Shown here in pieces: positions 60,697 to 64,000 of a stretch of DNA of 64,000 bases. The stretch's first letter is position 1; the number at the start of each line of letters is the position of its first letter. The stretch comes from Fimicolochytrium jonesii (Eukaryota), in NCBI RefSeq assembly GCF_025526975.1, contig NW_026515675.1, positions 868,001 to 932,000 on the forward strand, given 5' to 3'. The position numbers and the translations under genes are program-made. Under the pieces are notes generated by a model that searched no databases, had not been told where the DNA came from, and saw nothing but the letters and a program-made list of their open reading frames with translations.

Positions 60697-62231
60697 ATGT
60701 CGGAGTCCGTGACGTCTGCCGTTTCCTCGTCTTCCTCTTCTGGTTCGGGCTCGTCGAACAACAGCGGGGGTGGGAATGGGAAAGAGCTGTCGTATCCGGA
60801 AAGGGCGGCCCGAGAGCGCTTCGTTCTTTGCGTCGACCCAGCGGGGAATCCCAGCTCTCTCTCGGAGCGCGTAGCGAGCGTGGGTATTGACGTCGGTCAA
60901 TATCCCGCACCGCACACGTTGAAGGACGAGGAAGGTTGGGCAACTTTGGAGGCCCATGGCCTTTTCGTGCGGGAAGCATTTGGAAATCTTTCCGACTACG
61001 CTTTGCGTCTCGTTACACGCTTTGTTCACCCAGACGAGCATGAGAAAGGCACCCTTCCCCTGGTAAGTGATGTGTACTGAACCGTTGCTGAAAATACATT
61101 AACTCTCATGAACCCGTAGCGGTCCGATCTCTCCACCGACGAACTGGGAACTCTGGAAAGGTGCTTGCTGGCTGAACCCCTGTTTGGGGGACCCTGGCCT
61201 CCAAAGTCCGCCGGCTATCGCAAGTCGGAGCCAAATCTTACGCAGCACATCACCAGCGTGCTGCAGTCCATTTTTCAGGTTCCCGGAGCGGGATTTGTAG
61301 ATTTTTACCCACTCGCGTGAGTACTGGAATCGGGTCTGGAATTCTCCTTAGAGAAGTTTTTTCCTAACTTTGGTGCCACATCAGGCAAGAAAAGGCGTTG
61401 GTCCCATGCTCGTGCGTCCCCGGCATGCGTCAGATGCAGCCGGATTTCACAGTATATTTGTCGCGGTCTTACTGTCTCGGGGATGAGAAGTACAGACCTT
61501 CGTGCGTGATTGGTGAATTCAAAGGCGATGTCGAACCTACCGTCGCGGAACCCCAACTTGCGATGTATCTAGCGGGCCAAGCGGTTATGTTGCTGACTGC
61601 GGGCGTCCCTTTAGAGGACGTCTGTGTCATGGGCTTCACGCTCGGAAAATGGCGTGCGGTCTTCGGCGCAATGACGTTGCGCACCATAGCCGCTCCGGAT
61701 CCGAACACCTCAATTCGGTTTCAACTCGTGTACACGTGACTGTACAATGGGGTCCTGGATTTGGAGAACCGCGCATCGGCTATTCACGCTGCCTGCATTT
61801 TCATTGCGGCTAAGCGCTGGGCAGGTCGTTTGAAGGAACTTGTCCAAGGCCGTGCCATTGATATCAAGGCAGCGGCCGACCACTATGAAGATGAGGACGA
61901 TGACCCCGAAACCGACGAGTTCGCGGTTGGTGTTTGGCAGAGCCGAGACCGTCGTCTCGACACGTCCTTTTTCACCCCACTCGAAGGTGCAGGAATGGAT
62001 TGGTACAGTCACCTCGCAAAACTCTGTGCCCCCCCTCTAATTGAAATCAACATTGGTCACTCACGTGAATTTGGCGTCGCGGCAGTCGCTGATTTATTTC
62101 AGGGGGGGTACAGAGTTTTGCGAGGTGACTGTACGCTCGACTCCTTCTCCGCTTACCTCCTGACCTCTTCGGCGATCATGCAATTTGCAAAACCGAACCA
62201 ATTTCGTTCTACGACATCATATTTATTATGA
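60697..62231 (+). pseudogene. PD-(D/E)xK restriction-endonuclease-fold (Crinkler/CR-effector-like) gene with an internal in-frame TGA
   Basis: Introns 61063-61119 and 61317-61384 join in frame to give KSEPNLT...AQEK...QPDFTV...VIGEFKG...EPQLAMYL. TGA at 61737-61739 is followed by ~160 further in-frame codons to 62231. Confidence 0.6.
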
Positions 62232-62553
62232 CAACGAAAGGAACAACAGATCACTATCCTAGCCAAAGTGTAAACAACAAGTGGGACGCAGGCCAAGTCT
62301 TCAATGGAACTAATTTGGCACATCAGTATGTGCGTGTGATCTGCCTGAATCTACTCGTCGATCTTTAAAACCCCAGTCGCAAGTGTTGCACCTGGGGTTC
62401 CACAAGCAAGTGGGGAACTTGCAGTTGGGTTAGGGTTGAGATTAGCCACGAGTTGTTATTGGGCCAAGTCGCGTTTGATATACTTGAACCCTGGGACTAC
62501 TTGGTTTTCGACAGACTCAAAACGAAGTTGCTTCCCACTCTCAGCAACACATA

Positions 62554-64000
62554 ATGAAGGAGATGGCGGGCGGCCCAGAAGTCCAGGTATGCCGGCCGTC
62601 GTTGGGGACTATCCGCGCTCTGGATACCTCTGAATGGCACCTTGCTCAACATGTCTTTGTTATTCCCAGGAAGTACAGGCGCTAAACCGTCGACTGGTAA
62701 GCTTTCGTCCTGGGAAACATGGTATCCATTTGCAGTTCCTGCTAGCTTGCAGAGACTAAGAGAAGTATTCTATCAAAGGGCGAGGCCGTCAGCTTCTGCG
62801 ACTCGGCCGCAGCATTTGCCCGCGAACGGGCCGACTTGGAGAATGACTACGCTCGTCGGCTTGGCGCTCTGGCGCAAAAATATGCTCAGCGGCACGACGC
62901 AGGACATATTTCCGCTACACCAGGATCGAATGCTAGCACCTTGTCGACAGAAGCATGCTGGGCTACTCTCTTGAAGCAGACGGAAGGAATCGCACAGTCC
63001 CACAAGGAGTATTCGCAGACCCTGCACTCCCAGGTTATCGATCAACTAGTCGCAGCCGTGTCGAAAACGAACCAGGCCCGAAAGAAGCACGAAGCTTTCT
63101 TCATGGATCTGTGTGCTGCACGGGATCTTACCTATGCTGAGAAAGATAAGGCGGAGAGCAAGTACAAGCAGCTGTGTACGTCGTTGGCGACCGTTAGGGA
63201 GAAGGCTGCCATGACCCCGGATGGTAAAGCTGGCGAAAAGTTGCGACGAAGACTGAAGGAGGAGATGATTGATGTTGGGAATGGCAAGGTCCGTGAATCG
63301 GTCATCTCGTGGGCCGCATATGAAGACACGATGTTTATTCCCTTCACGTAACAGAACACGTATATTCTGAGCGTCCTTTCCGCGAACACTGTAAAGAGTC
63401 GATTTCACAACACGGATGTACCAGCATTGCTTGAGGTACAAGATGGCAAGGCTTGTCATCACTCCTTCAGGTGTACTCACGTCTTCGACTATAGGACATG
63501 CTCTCACTGTTGCAGCACACATTGGGGCGGCTACAAACTTCCTGGCAATCCGCCACTTCACTCCAACAAACACTTGCATCCTCTGTGGAAGAGTCGGCAA
63601 AGTCCATGAAGGAAGCCGTGGGGAAAGTCAACGTCGAGGCTGATGCACAAGCGTATGCAGTTTCGCGGAACAATTTCGCTGTCGTTGCATCATCAGAGGC
63701 AGCAGAGTTTTCACTGGATGCATTAGCAGAAGAAGGGGTATGAGCTGTAATGTTCACACAGGCTCTCGCCCTCCCCGGCACGGACGACTGACGTCCGTTA
63801 TTAAATCACTGTAGAGTCACCTCACGAAAGACGAATCAGCCACAATCTTCCTGGGAAACAAATACCGGAAACTCGTGAAACGTGTGGCACAGATTGACGA
63901 GGACATTGAGAAAAGGGAAAAGACACTTCAAGGTCTAAAACGACTACTGGACGTTTACGAGAAGGATCCAGCACAGGGAGACATTGGACGCGTGCGGGAG
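62554..64000 (+). CDS. F-BAR (FCH) domain protein, Bzz1-like; 3' end outside the window
   Basis: Spliced: EVQALNRRL/GEAVSFCDSAAAFARERADLENDYARRLGALAQKY...STEACWATLLKQTE..AQSH...; NTYILSVLSANTVKSRFHNTDVPALLE. It runs off the window end. Confidence 0.8.

Noticed and set aside
61737..61739. In-frame TGA read as selenocysteine
   Set aside because: The protein is not a redox or selenoprotein family, there is no CxxU-type context, and I recognised no SECIS.
62426..62437. GGGTTAGGGTT telomere-like word
   Set aside because: Fewer than two full units, consistent with chance.
6049..62778. Repeated use of AAG 3' splice acceptors (e.g. 6049, 10763, 11110, 23353, 62776)
   Set aside because: A handful among more than 100 introns is within the normal minor usage of AAG. 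No U12-type (RTATCCTT) donors were seen.

Overview
This is gene-dense, intron-rich eukaryotic DNA: about 27 protein genes in 64 kb, mostly 55-100 nt GT-AG introns with CTRAC/CTRAY branch points. Gene content points to an early-diverging, probably zoosporic (chytrid-like) fungus. Fungal hallmarks (Rtt109, Sog2, Ste50, OPT, Bzz1, I9 inhibitor) sit beside genes more familiar from animals or protists (ZRANB2, MEA1, RAB3GAP2, a probable ciliary Jhy protein, a eukaryotic double-FtsX permease). All calls come from manual splicing and motif recognition, with no database search. I found no tRNA, rRNA, CRISPR array or intact transposon. The best leads are: (1) a ~1100-aa FtsX/MacB-type permease with no ATPase partner in the window; (2) a PD-(D/E)xK nuclease-fold, Crinkler-like gene broken by one in-frame TGA; (3) an atypical zinc-ribbon SDR lacking the catalytic Tyr, in tandem with a TenA_E gene; (4) a bacterial-looking isochorismatase-family hydrolase with 7 introns; (5) a tandem MCB (ACGCGT) pair upstream of RTT109; (6) repeated motifs in short bidirectional promoters. 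None of these is a proven new system.
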